Part shown: one piece after another, positions 24,904 through 34,760 of the stretch | Position numbering within the stretch: position 1 is the first letter of the stretch | How the letters are laid out: each line of letters starts with the position of its first letter | DNA from: a virus | Lineage: Duplodnaviria > Heunggongvirae > Uroviricota > Caudoviricetes | Reading direction: 5' to 3' (one strand) | IMG/VR virus record: IMGVR_UViG_2563366879_000001 | Coordinates: 1-34,760 of that record | Length of the DNA: 34,760 bases | Program-made: the position numbers and the translations under genes | Notes under the pieces: generated by a model | Told to the model about the DNA's origin: nothing | Database searches by the model: none | The model's input: only the letters and a program-made list of their open reading frames with translations

Positions 24904-25482
24904 ATGGCCATAAAAGGTCTTGAGCAGGCCGTTGAAAACCTCAGCCGTATCAGCAGAACGGCGGTGCCCGGTGCCGCCGCAATGGCCATTAACCGCGTTG
25001 CTTCATCCGCGATATCGCAGTCGGCGTCACAGGTTGCCCGTGAGACAAAGGTACGCCGGAAACTGGTAAAGGAAAGGGCCAGGCTGAAAAGGGCCACGGT
25101 CAAAAATCCGCAGGCCAGAATCAAGGTTAACCGGGGGGATTTGCCCGTAATCAGGCTGGGTAACGCGCGGGTTGTCCTGTCCCGACGCAGGCGTCGTAAA
25201 AAAGGGCAGCGTTCATCCCTGAAAGGTGGCGACAGCGTGCTTGTGGTGGGAAACCGTCGTATTCCCGGCGCGTTTATTCAGCAACTGAAAAATGGCCGGT
25301 GGCATGTCATGCAGCGTGTGGCCGGGAAAAACCGTTACCCCATTGATGTGGTGAAAATCCCGATGGCAGTGCCGCTGACCACGGCGTTTAAACAGAATAT
25401 TGAGCGGATACGGCGTGAACGTCTTCCGAAAGAGCTGGGCTATGCGCTGCAGCATCAACTGAGGATGGTAATAAAGCGATGA
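24904..25482 (+). CDS. Z: Tail completion protein Z
   Basis: 192 aa, at the lambda Z position with lambda-like sequence. Confidence 0.9.
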   Translation: MAIKGLEQAVENLSRISRTAVPGAAAMAINRVASSAISQSASQVARETKVRRKLVKERARLKRATVKNPQARIKVNRGDLPVIRLGNARVVLSRRRRRKKGQRSSLKGGDSVLVVGNRRIPGAFIQQLKNGRWHVMQRVAGKNRYPIDVVKIPMAVPLTTAFKQNIERIRRERLPKELGYALQHQLRMVIKR

Positions 25483-25874
25483 AACATACAGAACTCCGTG
25501 CAGCCGTACTGGATGCACTGGAAAAACATGACACCGGGGCGACGCTTTTTGATGGTCGCCCCGCTGTTTTTGATGAGGAGGATTTTCCGGCAGTTGCCGT
25601 TTATCTCACCGGCGCTGAATACACGGGCGAAGAGCTGGACAGCGATACCTGGCAGGCGGAGCTGCATATTGAAGTTTTCCTGCCTGCTCAGGTGCCGGAT
25701 TCAGAGCTGGATGCGTGGATGGAGTCCCGGATTTATCCGGTGATGAGCGATATCCCGGCACTGTCAGATTTGATCACCAGTATGGTGGCCAGTGGCTATG
25801 ACTACCGGCGCGACGATGATGCGGGCCTGTGGAGTTCAGCCGATCTGACTTATGTCATTACCTATGAAATGTGA
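25479..25874 (+). CDS. U: Tail terminator protein U
   Basis: 131 aa, [54 protein letters not shown]..., lambda U-like. Confidence 0.93.
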   Translation: MKHTELRAAVLDALEKHDTGATLFDGRPAVFDEEDFPAVAVYLTGAEYTGEELDSDTWQAELHIEVFLPAQVPDSELDAWMESRIYPVMSDIPALSDLITSMVASGYDYRRDDDAGLWSSADLTYVITYEM

Positions 25875-25881
25875 GGACGAT

Positions 25882-26583
25882 ATGCCAACACCAAATCCTC
25901 TGGCACCGGTGAAAGGGGCCGGGACCACACTGTGGGTTTATAACGGGAGCGGCGACCCATATGCAAACCCGCTTTCAGACAATGACTGGTCGCGTCTGGC
26001 AAAGGTTAAAGACCTGACGCCCGGCGAACTGACCGCTGAGTCCTATGACGACAGTTATCTCGATGATGAAGATGCGGACTGGGCCGCGACCGGACAGGGG
26101 CAGAAATCTGCCGGAGATACCAGCTTCACGCTGGCGTGGTTTAATGAAGGTGATACCCGTGCCTATAAAATCCGCTTCCCGAACGGCACGGTCGATGTGT
26201 TCCGCGGCTGGGTCAGCAGTATCGGTAAGGCGGTGACGGCGAAGGAAGTGATCACCCGCACGGTGAAAGTCACCAACGTGGGACGTCCGTCGATGGCAGA
26301 AGATCGCAGCACGGTAACAGCGGCAACCGGCATGACCGTGACGCCTGCCAGCACCTCGGTGGTGAAAGGGCAGAGCACCACGCTGACCGTGGCATTCCAG
26401 CCGGAAGGCGCAACCGACAAGAGCTTCCGTGCGGTGTCTGCGGATAAAACAAAAGCCACCGTGTCGGTCAGTGGTATGACCATCACCGTGAAAGGTGTTG
26501 CTGTAGGCAAGGTCAACATTCCGGTCGTATCCGGTAATGGTGAACTTGCTGCGGTTGCAGAAATCAACGTCACCGCCAGTTAA
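25882..26583 (+). CDS. V: Major tail tube protein V (C-terminal Ig-like domain present)
   Basis: [67 protein letters not shown]..., lambda V-like. Start chosen at the ATG at 25882, after the GAGGA ribosome-binding site. Confidence 0.95.
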   Translation: MPTPNPLAPVKGAGTTLWVYNGSGDPYANPLSDNDWSRLAKVKDLTPGELTAESYDDSYLDDEDADWAATGQGQKSAGDTSFTLAWFNEGDTRAYKIRFPNGTVDVFRGWVSSIGKAVTAKEVITRTVKVTNVGRPSMAEDRSTVTAATGMTVTPASTSVVKGQSTTLTVAFQPEGATDKSFRAVSADKTKATVSVSGMTITVKGVAVGKVNIPVVSGNGELAAVAEINVTAS

Positions 26584-26598
26584 TCCGGAGAGTCAGCG

Positions 26599-27021
26599 AT
26601 GTTCCTGAAAACCGAATCATTTGAACATAACGGTGTGACCGTCACGCTTTCTGAACTGTCAGCCCTGCAGCGTATTGAGCATCTCGCCCTGATGAAACGA
26701 CAGGCAGAACAGGCGGAGTCAGACAGCAACCGGAAGTTTACTGTGGAAGACGCCATCAGAACCGGCGCTTTTGTGGTGGCGATGTCCCTGTGGCATAACC
26801 ATCCGCAGAAGACAAAGCTGCCTTCCATGAATGAAGCCGTTAAACAGATTGAGCAGGAAGTGCTTACCACCTGGCCTACAGAGGCAATTTCTCATGCTGA
26901 AAACGTGGTGTACCGGCTGTCCGGAATGTATGAGTTTGTGGTGAATGATGCTCCTGAACAGGCAGATGACGCCGGGCCTGCAGAGCCTGTTTCTGCGGGA
27001 AAGTGTTCGACGGTGAGCTGA
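26599..27021 (+). CDS. G: Tail assembly chaperone G
   Basis: 140 aa, MFLKTESFEHNGVTVTLSELSALQRIEHLALMKRQAEQAESD..., lambda G-like. Confidence 0.95.
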   Translation: MFLKTESFEHNGVTVTLSELSALQRIEHLALMKRQAEQAESDSNRKFTVEDAIRTGAFVVAMSLWHNHPQKTKLPSMNEAVKQIEQEVLTTWPTEAISHAENVVYRLSGMYEFVVNDAPEQADDAGPAEPVSAGKCSTVS

Positions 27022-27437
27022 GTTTTGCCCTGAAACTGGCGCGTGAGATGGGGCGACCCGACTGGCGCGCCATGCTTGCCGGGATGTCATCCACGGAGTA
27101 TGCCGACTGGCACCGCTTTTACAGTACCCATTATTTTCATGATGTTCTGCTGGATATGCACTTTTCGGGGCTGACGTACACCGTGCTCAGCCTGTTTTTC
27201 AGCGATCCGGATATGCATCCGCTGGATTTCAGTCTGCTGAACCGGCGTGAGGCTGACGAAGAGCCTGAAGATGATGTGCTGATGCAGAAAGCGGCAGGGC
27301 TTGCCGGAGGCGTCCGCTTTGGCCCGGACGGGAATGAAGTTATCCCCGCTTCCCCGGATGTGGCGGACATGACGGAGGATGACGTAATGCTGATGACAGT
27401 ATCAGAAGGGATCGCAGGAGGAGTCCGGTATGGCTGA
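26599..27437 (+). CDS. T: Tail assembly chaperone G-T fusion made by -1 programmed ribosomal frameshift at the slippery heptamer GGGAAAG (26998..27004)
   Basis: The -1 frame ORF 27003..27437 has lambda T-like sequence and overlaps the G 3' end. The slippery site is conserved as in lambda. Confidence 0.85.
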
Positions 27438-30027
27438 ACCGGTAGGCGATCTGGTCGTTGATTTAAGCCTGGATGCGGCCAGATTTGACGAGCAGATGGC
27501 CAGAGTCAGGCGTCATTTTTCCGGTACGGAAAGTGATGCGAAAAAAACAGCGGCAGTCGTTGAACAGTCAATGAACCGGCAGGCGCTGGCTGCACAGAAA
27601 GCGGGGATTTCCGTCGGGCAGTATAAAGCTGCCATGCGTATGCTGCCTGCGCAGTTCACCGACGTGGCCACGCAGCTTGCAGGGGGGCAGAATCCGTGGC
27701 TCATCCTGCTGCAACAGGGTGGTCAGGTGAAGGACTCCTTCGGCGGGATGATCCCCATGTTCAGGGGGCTTGCCGGTGCGATCACCCTGCCGATGGTTGG
27801 TATCACTTCGCTGACGGTGGCGACCGGTGCGCTGGCGTATGCCTGGTATCAGGGTGACTCAACCCTGTCCAATTTCAATAAAACGCTGGTCCTTTCCGGT
27901 AATCAGGCGGGACTGACGGCAGATCGTATGCTGGCCCTGTCCAGATCCGGGCAGGCGGCAGGGCTGACGTTTAACCAGACCAGCGAGTCACTGACGGCGC
28001 TGGTGAATGCCGGTGTGCGTGGTGGTGAGCAGTTTGAGGCAATTAGCCAGAGTGTGGCGCGTTTCTCCTCTGCATCCGGCGTGGAGGTGGACAAGGTCGC
28101 TGAAGCCTTCGGGAAGCTGACCACTGACCCGACGTCTGGGTTGACGGCGATGGCGCGCCAGTTCCATAACGTGACGGCGGAACAGATTGCGTATGTTGCT
28201 CAGTTGCAGCGTTCCGGCGATGGGGCCGGGGCATTGCAGGCGGCGAACGAGGCCGCAACGAAAGGGTTTGATGACCAGACCCGTAAACTGAAAGATAACA
28301 TGGGTACGCTGGAGACCTGGGCAGACAAGACTGCACAGGCATTCAAATCCATGTGGGATGCGGTGCTGGATATTGGTCGTCCTGATACCGCGCAGGAGAT
28401 GCTGATTAAGGCAGAGGCCGCGTTTAAGAAAGCGGACGACATCTGGAATCTGCGCAAGGATGATTATTTTGTTAACGATGAAGCGCGGGCGCGTTACTGG
28501 GATGATCGTGAAAAGGCCCGTCTTGCGCTTGAAGCCGCCCGAAAGAAGGCTGAACAGCAGAGTCAACAGGACAAAAATGCGCAGCAGCAGAGCAATACCG
28601 AAGCGTCACGGCTGAAATATACCGAAGAGGCGCAGAAGGCTTACGAACGGCTGCAGACGCCGCTGGAGAAATATACCGCCCGTCAGGAAGAACTGAACAA
28701 GGCACTGAAAGACGGGAAAATCCTGCAGGCAGATTACAACACGCTGATGGCGGCGGCGAAAAAGGATTATGAAGCGACGCTGAAAAAGCCGAAACAGTCC
28801 GGCGTGAAGGTGTCTGCGGGCGATCGTCAGGAAGACAATGCTCATGCTGCCCTGCTGACGCTTCAGGCAGAACTCCGGACGCTGGAGAAGCATGCCGGAG
28901 CGAATGAGAAAATCAGCCAGCAGCGCCGGGATTTGTGGAAGGCGGAGAGTCAGTTCGCGGTACTGGAGGAGGCGGCGCAACGTCGCCAGCTGTCCGCACA
29001 GGAGGAGGCGGTGCAACGTCGCCAGCTGTCCGCACAGGAGAAATCCCTGCTGGCGCATAAAGATGAGACGCTGGAGTACAAACGCCAGCTGGCTGCACTT
29101 GGCGATAAGGTCACGTATCAGGAGCACCTGAACGCGCTGGCGCAGCAGGCGGATAAATTCGCACAGCAGCAACGGGCAAAACGGGCAGCCATTGAGGCGA
29201 AAAACCGGGGGCTGACTGACCGGCAGGCAGCGCGGGACGCCACGGAACAGCGCCTGAAGGAACAGTATGGCGATAATCCGCTGGCGCTGAATAGCGTCAT
29301 GTCAGAGCAGAAAAAGACCTGGGCGGCTGAAGACCAGCTTCGCGGGAGCTGGATGGCAGGCCTCAAGTCAGGCTGGAGTGAGTGGGAAGAGAGCGCCACG
29401 GACAGTATGTCGCAGGTTAAAAGTGCAGCCACGCAGACCTTTGATGGTATTGCACAGAATATGGCGGCGATGCTGACCGGCAGTAAACAGAACTGGCGCA
29501 GCTTCACCCGTTCCGTGCTGTCCATGATGACAGAAATTCTGCTTAAGCAGGCAATGGTGGGGATTGTCGGGAGTATCGGCAGCGCCATTGGAGGTGCTAC
29601 CGGTGGCGGCGCATCAGCGTCAGGTGGTGCAGCCATTCAGGCCGCTGCGGCGAAACTTCATTTTGCGACCGGAGGATTTACGGGAACCGGCGGCAAATAT
29701 GAGCCAGCGGGGATTGTTCACCGTGGTGAATTTGTCTTCACGAAGGAGGCAACCAGCCGGATTGGCGTGGGGAATCTTTACCGGCTGATGCGCGGCTATG
29801 CCACCGGCGGTTATGTCGGTACACCGGGCAGCATGGCGGACAGTCGGTCGCAGGCGTCCGGGAAGTTTGAGCAGAATAACCATGTGGTGATTAACAACGA
29901 CGGCACGAACGGTCAGATAGGGCCACAGGCGCTGAAGGCGGTTTATGACGTAGCCCGTAAGGCGGCAATGGATGTTGTGACCGGGCAGATGCGTGATGGT
30001 GGTCTGTTCTCCGGAGGTGGACGATGA
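27430..30027 (+). CDS. H: Tail tape-measure protein H, 865 aa, with a 36-bp in-frame tandem duplication
   Basis: Lambda H-like throughout (MAEPVGDLVVDLSLDAARFDEQMARVRRHFSG... GGLFSGGGR). Internal duplicated peptide EEAAQRRQLSAQ / EEAVQRRQLSAQ. Confidence 0.95.
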   Translation: MAEPVGDLVVDLSLDAARFDEQMARVRRHFSGTESDAKKTAAVVEQSMNRQALAAQKAGISVGQYKAAMRMLPAQFTDVATQLAGGQNPWLILLQQGGQVKDSFGGMIPMFRGLAGAITLPMVGITSLTVATGALAYAWYQGDSTLSNFNKTLVLSGNQAGLTADRMLALSRSGQAAGLTFNQTSESLTALVNAGVRGGEQFEAISQSVARFSSASGVEVDKVAEAFGKLTTDPTSGLTAMARQFHNVTAEQIAYVAQLQRSGDGAGALQAANEAATKGFDDQTRKLKDNMGTLETWADKTAQAFKSMWDAVLDIGRPDTAQEMLIKAEAAFKKADDIWNLRKDDYFVNDEARARYWDDREKARLALEAARKKAEQQSQQDKNAQQQSNTEASRLKYTEEAQKAYERLQTPLEKYTARQEELNKALKDGKILQADYNTLMAAAKKDYEATLKKPKQSGVKVSAGDRQEDNAHAALLTLQAELRTLEKHAGANEKISQQRRDLWKAESQFAVLEEAAQRRQLSAQEEAVQRRQLSAQEKSLLAHKDETLEYKRQLAALGDKVTYQEHLNALAQQADKFAQQQRAKRAAIEAKNRGLTDRQAARDATEQRLKEQYGDNPLALNSVMSEQKKTWAAEDQLRGSWMAGLKSGWSEWEESATDSMSQVKSAATQTFDGIAQNMAAMLTGSKQNWRSFTRSVLSMMTEILLKQAMVGIVGSIGSAIGGATGGGASASGGAAIQAAAAKLHFATGGFTGTGGKYEPAGIVHRGEFVFTKEATSRIGVGNLYRLMRGYATGGYVGTPGSMADSRSQASGKFEQNNHVVINNDGTNGQIGPQALKAVYDVARKAAMDVVTGQMRDGGLFSGGGR

Positions 30028-30353
30028 AAACCTTCCGCTGGAAAGTGAAATCGGGTATGGATGTGGCTTCGACTCCTTCCGTCAGGGAGGTGCGCTTTGG
30101 TGATGGTTACTCCCAGCGCGCGCCTGCCGGGCTGAATGCCAACCTGAAAACGTACAGCGTGACGATTTCTGTCCCCCGTTGGGAGGCCACGGCGCTGGAA
30201 TCGTTTCTGGCAGAGCACGGAGGCTGGAAAGCCTTTCTGTGGACGCCGCCTTATGACTGGCGGCAGATAAAGGTGACCTGCGCAAAATGGACGTCGCGGG
30301 TCAGTATGCTGCGTGTTGAGTTCAGCGCAGAGTTTAAACAGGTGGTGAACTGA
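30024..30353 (+). CDS. M: Tail tip protein M
   Basis: 109 aa, MKTFRWKVKSGMDVASTPSVREVRFGDGYSQRAPAGLNANLKTYSVT..., lambda M-like. Confidence 0.95.
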   Translation: MKTFRWKVKSGMDVASTPSVREVRFGDGYSQRAPAGLNANLKTYSVTISVPRWEATALESFLAEHGGWKAFLWTPPYDWRQIKVTCAKWTSRVSMLRVEFSAEFKQVVN

Positions 30354-31051
30354 TGCAGGATATCCGGCAGGAAACACTGAATGAATGCACCCGTGCGGAG
30401 CAGTCGGCCAGCGTGGTGCTCTGGGAAATCGATCTGACAGAGGTCGGTGGTGAACGTTATTTTTTCTGTAATGAGCAGAACGAAAAAGGTGAGCCGGTCA
30501 CTTGGCAGGGGCGGCAGTATCTGGCGTATCCCATTCAGGGGAGTGGTTTTGAACTGAATGGCAAAGGCACCAGTACGCGCCCCACGCTGGCAGTCTCTAA
30601 CCTGTACGGCATGGTCACCGGGATGGTGGAAGATCTGCAGAGTCTGGTCGGCGGAACGGTGGTCAGGCGTAAGGTTTACGCCCGTTTTCTGGATGCGGTG
30701 AACTTCGTCAACGGAAACAGCGATGCCGATCCGGAGCAGGAGGTGATCAGCCGCTGGCGCATAGAGCAGTGCAGCGAACTGAGCGCGGTCAGTGCCTCCT
30801 TTGTGTTGTCCACACCGACGGAAACGGATGGTGCTGTTTTTCCGGGGCGCATCATGCTGGCCAACACCTGTACTTGGACCTATCGCGGTGATGAGTGCGG
30901 TTATAGCGGTCCGGCGGTCGCGGATGAATATGACCAGCCGACGTCCGATATCACGAAGGATAAATGCAGCAAATGCCTGAGTGGCTGTAAGTTTCGCAAT
31001 AACGTCGGCAACTTTGGCGGCTTCCTTTCCATTAACAAACTTTCGCAGTAA
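30353..31051 (+). CDS. L: Tail tip protein L
   Basis: 232 aa, MQDIRQETLNECTRAEQSASVVLWEIDLTEVGGERYFFCNEQNEKGEPVTWQG..., lambda L-like. Confidence 0.95.
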   Translation: MQDIRQETLNECTRAEQSASVVLWEIDLTEVGGERYFFCNEQNEKGEPVTWQGRQYLAYPIQGSGFELNGKGTSTRPTLAVSNLYGMVTGMVEDLQSLVGGTVVRRKVYARFLDAVNFVNGNSDADPEQEVISRWRIEQCSELSAVSASFVLSTPTETDGAVFPGRIMLANTCTWTYRGDECGYSGPAVADEYDQPTSDITKDKCSKCLSGCKFRNNVGNFGGFLSINKLSQ

Positions 31052-31056
31052 ATCCC

Positions 31057-31800
31057 ATGACAGAGACAGAATCAGCGATTCTGGCGCACGCCCGGCGATG
31101 TGCGCCAGCGGAGTCGTGCGGCTTCGTGGTGAGAACGCCGGAGGGGGAAAGATATTTTCCCTGCGTGAATATCTCCGGTGAGCCGGAGGATTATTTCCGG
31201 ATGTCGCCGGAGGACTGGCTGCAGGCAGAGATGCAGGGTGAGATTGTGGCGCTGGTCCACAGTCATCCCGGTGGTCTGCCCTGGCTGAGTGAGGCCGACC
31301 GGCGGCTGCAGGTGCAGAGTGATTTGCCGTGGTGGCTGGTCTGCCGGGGGGCGATTCACAAGTTCCGCTGTGTGCCGCATCTTACCGGGCGGCGCTTTGA
31401 GCACGGGGTGACGGACTGTTACACGCTGTTCCGGGACGCTTACCATCTGGCGGGGATTGAGATGCCGGATTTTACGCGGGAGGATGACTGGTGGCGTCAC
31501 GGTCAGAATCTCTATCTGGATAATCTGGAGGCAACGGGGCTGTATCAGGTGCCGTTGTCAGCGGCGCAGCCGGGCGATGTGCTGCTGTGCTGCTTTGGTT
31601 CATCGGTGCCGAATCATGCCGCTATTTACTGTGGTGATGGCGAGCTGCTGCACCATATTCCTGAACAACTGAGCAAACGAGAGAGGTATACCGACAAATG
31701 GCAGCGACGCACACACTCCCTCTGGCGTCACCGGGCATGGCACGCATCTGCCTTTACGGGGATTTGCAACGATTTGGCCGCCGCATCGACCTTCGTGTGA
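31057..31800 (+). CDS. K: Tail tip assembly protein K (JAB/MPN metalloprotease-like domain plus NlpC/P60-like domain)
   Basis: 247-aa ORF; the HSHPGG motif and upstream Glu (ESCGF) fit a JAMM-type site. Overlaps the start of I as in lambda. The long start at 31057 is preferred over the internal ATG at 31201 because the N-terminal extension completes the JAB fold. Confidence 0.85.
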   Translation: MTETESAILAHARRCAPAESCGFVVRTPEGERYFPCVNISGEPEDYFRMSPEDWLQAEMQGEIVALVHSHPGGLPWLSEADRRLQVQSDLPWWLVCRGAIHKFRCVPHLTGRRFEHGVTDCYTLFRDAYHLAGIEMPDFTREDDWWRHGQNLYLDNLEATGLYQVPLSAAQPGDVLLCCFGSSVPNHAAIYCGDGELLHHIPEQLSKRERYTDKWQRRTHSLWRHRAWHASAFTGICNDLAAASTFV

Positions 31801-32369
31801 AAACGGGGGCTGGAGCCATCCGGGCACTGGCCACACAGCTCCCGGCGTTTCGTCAGAAACTGAGCGACGGCTGGTATCAGGTACGGATTGCCGGGCAGGA
31901 TGTCAGCACGTCCGGATTAACGGCGCAGTTACATGAGACTCTGCCTGATGGCGCTGTGATTCATATTGTTCCCAGAGTCGCCGGGGCCAAGTCAGGGGGC
32001 GTATTCCAGATTGTCCTGGGAGCAGCCGCCATTGCCGGATCATTCTTTACCGCCGGAGCCACCCTTGCAGCATGGGGGGCAGCCATTGGGGCCGGAGGTA
32101 TGACCGGCATCCTGTTTTCTCTCGGCGCCAGTATGGTGCTCGGTGGTGTGGCGCAGATGCTGGCACCGAAAGCCAGAACTCCCCGTACACAGACAACGGA
32201 TAACGGCAAACAGAACACCTATTTCTCCTCACTGGATAACATGGTTGCCCAGGGCAATGTTCTGCCGGTTCTGTACGGTGAAATGCGCGTGGGGTCACGC
32301 GTGGTTTCTCAGGAGATCAGCACGGCAGACGAAGGGGATGGTGGTCAGGTTGTGGTGATTGGTCGCTGA
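31698..32369 (+). CDS. I: Tail tip assembly protein I
   Basis: 223 aa, MAATHTLPLASPGMARICLYGDLQRFGRRIDLRVKTGAGAIRALATQLPAFRQ..., lambda I-like. Confidence 0.93.
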   Translation: MAATHTLPLASPGMARICLYGDLQRFGRRIDLRVKTGAGAIRALATQLPAFRQKLSDGWYQVRIAGQDVSTSGLTAQLHETLPDGAVIHIVPRVAGAKSGGVFQIVLGAAAIAGSFFTAGATLAAWGAAIGAGGMTGILFSLGASMVLGGVAQMLAPKARTPRTQTTDNGKQNTYFSSLDNMVAQGNVLPVLYGEMRVGSRVVSQEISTADEGDGGQVVVIGR

Positions 32370-32429
32370 TGCAAAATGTTTTATGTGAAACCGCCTCCGG
32401 GCGGTTTTATCGTTTATGGAGCATGACGA

Positions 32430-34760
32430 ATGGGTAAAGGCAGCAGTAAGGGGCATACCCCGCGCGAAGCGAAGGACAACCTGAAATCATCCCAGATGCT
32501 GAGCGTGATAGACGCCATCAGCGAAGGGCCGGTTGAAGGTCCGGTGGACGGATTAAAAAGTGTGCTGCTGAACAGTACACCGGTGCTGGACAGTGAGGGG
32601 AATACCAATATCTCCGGTGTCACGGTGGTTTTCCGGGCAGGTGAGCAGGAGCAGACACCGCCGGAGGGATTTGAATCCTCCGGCTCCGAGACGGTGCTGG
32701 GTACGGAAGTGAAGTACGACACGCCGATTACCCGGACCATCACGTCTGCAAACATCGACCGTCTGCGCTTTACCTTCGGTGTGCAGGCACTGGTGGAAAC
32801 CACCTCAAAGGGGGACCGGAATCCGTCGGAAGTCCGCCTGCTGGTTCAGATACAGCGTAACGGTGGCTGGGTGACGGAAAAAGACATCACCATTAAAGGC
32901 AAAACCACCTCACAGTATCTGGCATCGGTGGTGGTGGGTAACCTGCCGCCGCGCCCGTTCAATATCCGGATGCGCAGGATGACGCCGGACAGCACCACAG
33001 ACCAACTGCAGAACAAAACGCTCTGGTCGTCATACACCGAAATCATCGATGTGAAACAGTGCTACCCGAACACGGCACTGGTCGGCGTACAGGTGGATTC
33101 GGAGCAGTTCGGCAGCCAGCAGGTGAGCCGTAATTATCATCTGCGCGGGCGTATTCTGCAGGTGCCGTCGAATTATAACCCGCAGACGCGGCAATACAGC
33201 GGTATCTGGGACGGAACGTTTAAACCGGCATACAGCAACAACATGGCCTGGTGTCTGTGGGATATGCTGACCCATCCGCGCTACGGCATGGGGAAACGTC
33301 TTGGTGCGGCGGATGTGGATAAATGGGCGCTGTATGTCATCGGCCAGAACTGCGACCAGTCAGTGCCGGACGGCTTTGGCGGCACGGAGCCGCGCATCAC
33401 CTGTAATGCGTACCTGACCACACAGCGCAAGGCGTGGGATGTGCTCAGTGATTTCTGCTCGGCGATGCGCTGTATGCCGGTATGGAACGGGCAGACGCTG
33501 ACGTTCGTGCAGGACCGACCATCGGATAAGGTGTGGACCTATAACCGCAGTAATGTGGTGATGCCGGATGATGGCGCGCCGTTCCGCTACAGCTTTAGCG
33601 CCCTGAAAGACCGCCATAATGCCGTTGAGGTGAACTGGATTGACCCGAACAACGGCTGGGAGACGGCGACAGAGCTTGTGGAGGATACGCAGGCCATTGC
33701 CCGTTACGGTCGTAACGTCACGAAGATGGATGCTTTTGGCTGTACCAGCCGGGGGCAGGCACACCGCGCCGGGCTGTGGCTGATTAAAACAGAACTGCTG
33801 GAAACGCAGACCGTGGACTTCAGCGTGGGCGCAGAAGGGCTTCGCCATGTGCCGGGCGATGTCATTGAAATCTGTGATGACGACTATGCCGGTATCAGCA
33901 CCGGTGGTCGCGTGCTGGCGGTGAACAGCCAGACCCGGACGCTGACGCTCGACCGTGAAATCACGCTGCCATCCTCCGGCACCACGCTGATAAGCCTGGT
34001 TGACGGGCAGGGTAATCCGGTCAGCGTGGAGGTCCGGTCCGTCACTGACGGTGTGAAGGTGAACGTCAGCCAGATACCAGATGGTGTTGCAGAGTACAGC
34101 GTGTGGGGGCTGAAGCTGCCGACGCTGCGCCAGCGCCTGTTCCGCTGCGTGAGTATCCGTGAGAACGACAACGGCACGTATGCCATTACCGCCGTGCAGC
34201 ATGTACCGGAAAAAGAGGCCATCGTGGATAACGGGGCGCACTTTGACGGCGACCAGAGCGGCACGGTGAACGGGGTCACACCGCCCGCAGTGCAGCATCT
34301 GACCACGGAAATCAGCGCCGACGGCTGGCAGTATCAGGTGCTGGCAAAGTGGGGCACGCCGAAAGTGGTGAAGGGGGTGAGCTTCACGCTTCGGCTGACC
34401 GTGACAGCGGGAGACGGCAGTGAGCGGCTGGTCAGCACGGCCCGGACGACGGAAACCACGTACCGCTTCACGCAACTGGCACTGGGGGACTACACGCTGA
34501 CGGTGCGGGCAGTCAATGCGTGGGGGCAGCAGGGCGAACCGGCATCCACGTCGTTTTCCATTAAGGCACCGGCAGTGCCTGTCACCATTGAACTGATACC
34601 GGGGTATTTTCAGATAACGGCGGTCCCGAAACTGGCTGTATATGACCCGACGGTACAGTTTGAGTTCTGGTTTTCGGAACAGCAGATTGCCGATATCAGG
34701 CAGGTTGAAACCACCGCCCGCTATCTTGGCACGGCGCTGTACTGGATAGCCGCCAGTATC
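32430..34760 (+). CDS. J: Central tail fibre / host-specificity protein J (5' part; runs off the window end)
   Basis: [54 protein letters not shown]..., near-identical to the lambda J N-terminal region. No stop before the window edge. Confidence 0.95.
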   Translation, partial: MGKGSSKGHTPREAKDNLKSSQMLSVIDAISEGPVEGPVDGLKSVLLNSTPVLDSEGNTNISGVTVVFRAGEQEQTPPEGFESSGSETVLGTEVKYDTPITRTITSANIDRLRFTFGVQALVETTSKGDRNPSEVRLLVQIQRNGGWVTEKDITIKGKTTSQYLASVVVGNLPPRPFNIRMRRMTPDSTTDQLQNKTLWSSYTEIIDVKQCYPNTALVGVQVDSEQFGSQQVSRNYHLRGRILQVPSNYNPQTRQYSGIWDGTFKPAYSNNMAWCLWDMLTHPRYGMGKRLGAADVDKWALYVIGQNCDQSVPDGFGGTEPRITCNAYLTTQRKAWDVLSDFCSAMRCMPVWNGQTLTFVQDRPSDKVWTYNRSNVVMPDDGAPFRYSFSALKDRHNAVEVNWIDPNNGWETATELVEDTQAIARYGRNVTKMDAFGCTSRGQAHRAGLWLIKTELLETQTVDFSVGAEGLRHVPGDVIEICDDDYAGISTGGRVLAVNSQTRTLTLDREITLPSSGTTLISLVDGQGNPVSVEVRSVTDGVKVNVSQIPDGVAEYSVWGLKLPTLRQRLFRCVSIRENDNGTYAITAVQHVPEKEAIVDNGAHFDGDQSGTVNGVTPPAVQHLTTEISADGWQYQVLAKWGTPKVVKGVSFTLRLTVTAGDGSERLVSTARTTETTYRFTQLALGDYTLTVRAVNAWGQQGEPASTSFSIKAPAVPVTIELIPGYFQITAVPKLAVYDPTVQFEFWFSEQQIADIRQVETTARYLGTALYWIAASI

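Overview
The window is the left ~35 kb of a lambda-like prophage in an enterobacterial (E. coli-type) genome, in prophage order int - (early region missing) - O - P - cargo - nin module - Q - lysis - cos - head - tail. All calls rest on reading the six-frame translations and on remembered similarity to phage lambda and E. coli K-12 DLP12 proteins; no database search was run. The late region (Nu1 through J) is near-identical in order and sequence to lambda. The prophage looks defective: the whole xis-to-cII immunity/early region is replaced by a decayed IS911-like element that itself carries a nested IS110-family element, the integrase and the portal gene each carry a 1-bp frameshift, and O has lost its 5' end. 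Two accessory islands interrupt the lambda backbone: (1) between P and ninB, a 1302-aa inverse-autotransporter (intimin/invasin-type) adhesin with a near-perfect 357-bp internal tandem duplication, convergent with a lipoprotein esterase/lipase; (2) between the lysis cassette and cos, an AT-rich block of three small unrecognised genes, two with predicted membrane anchors. Island (2) is my best candidate for an undescribed system (superinfection exclusion or defence), but that is inference from position and composition only. Other points of note are a 36-bp in-frame duplication in the tape-measure gene, a divergent cosN next to a lambda-identical cosB, and a possible bridge-RNA leader in the IS110-family element.
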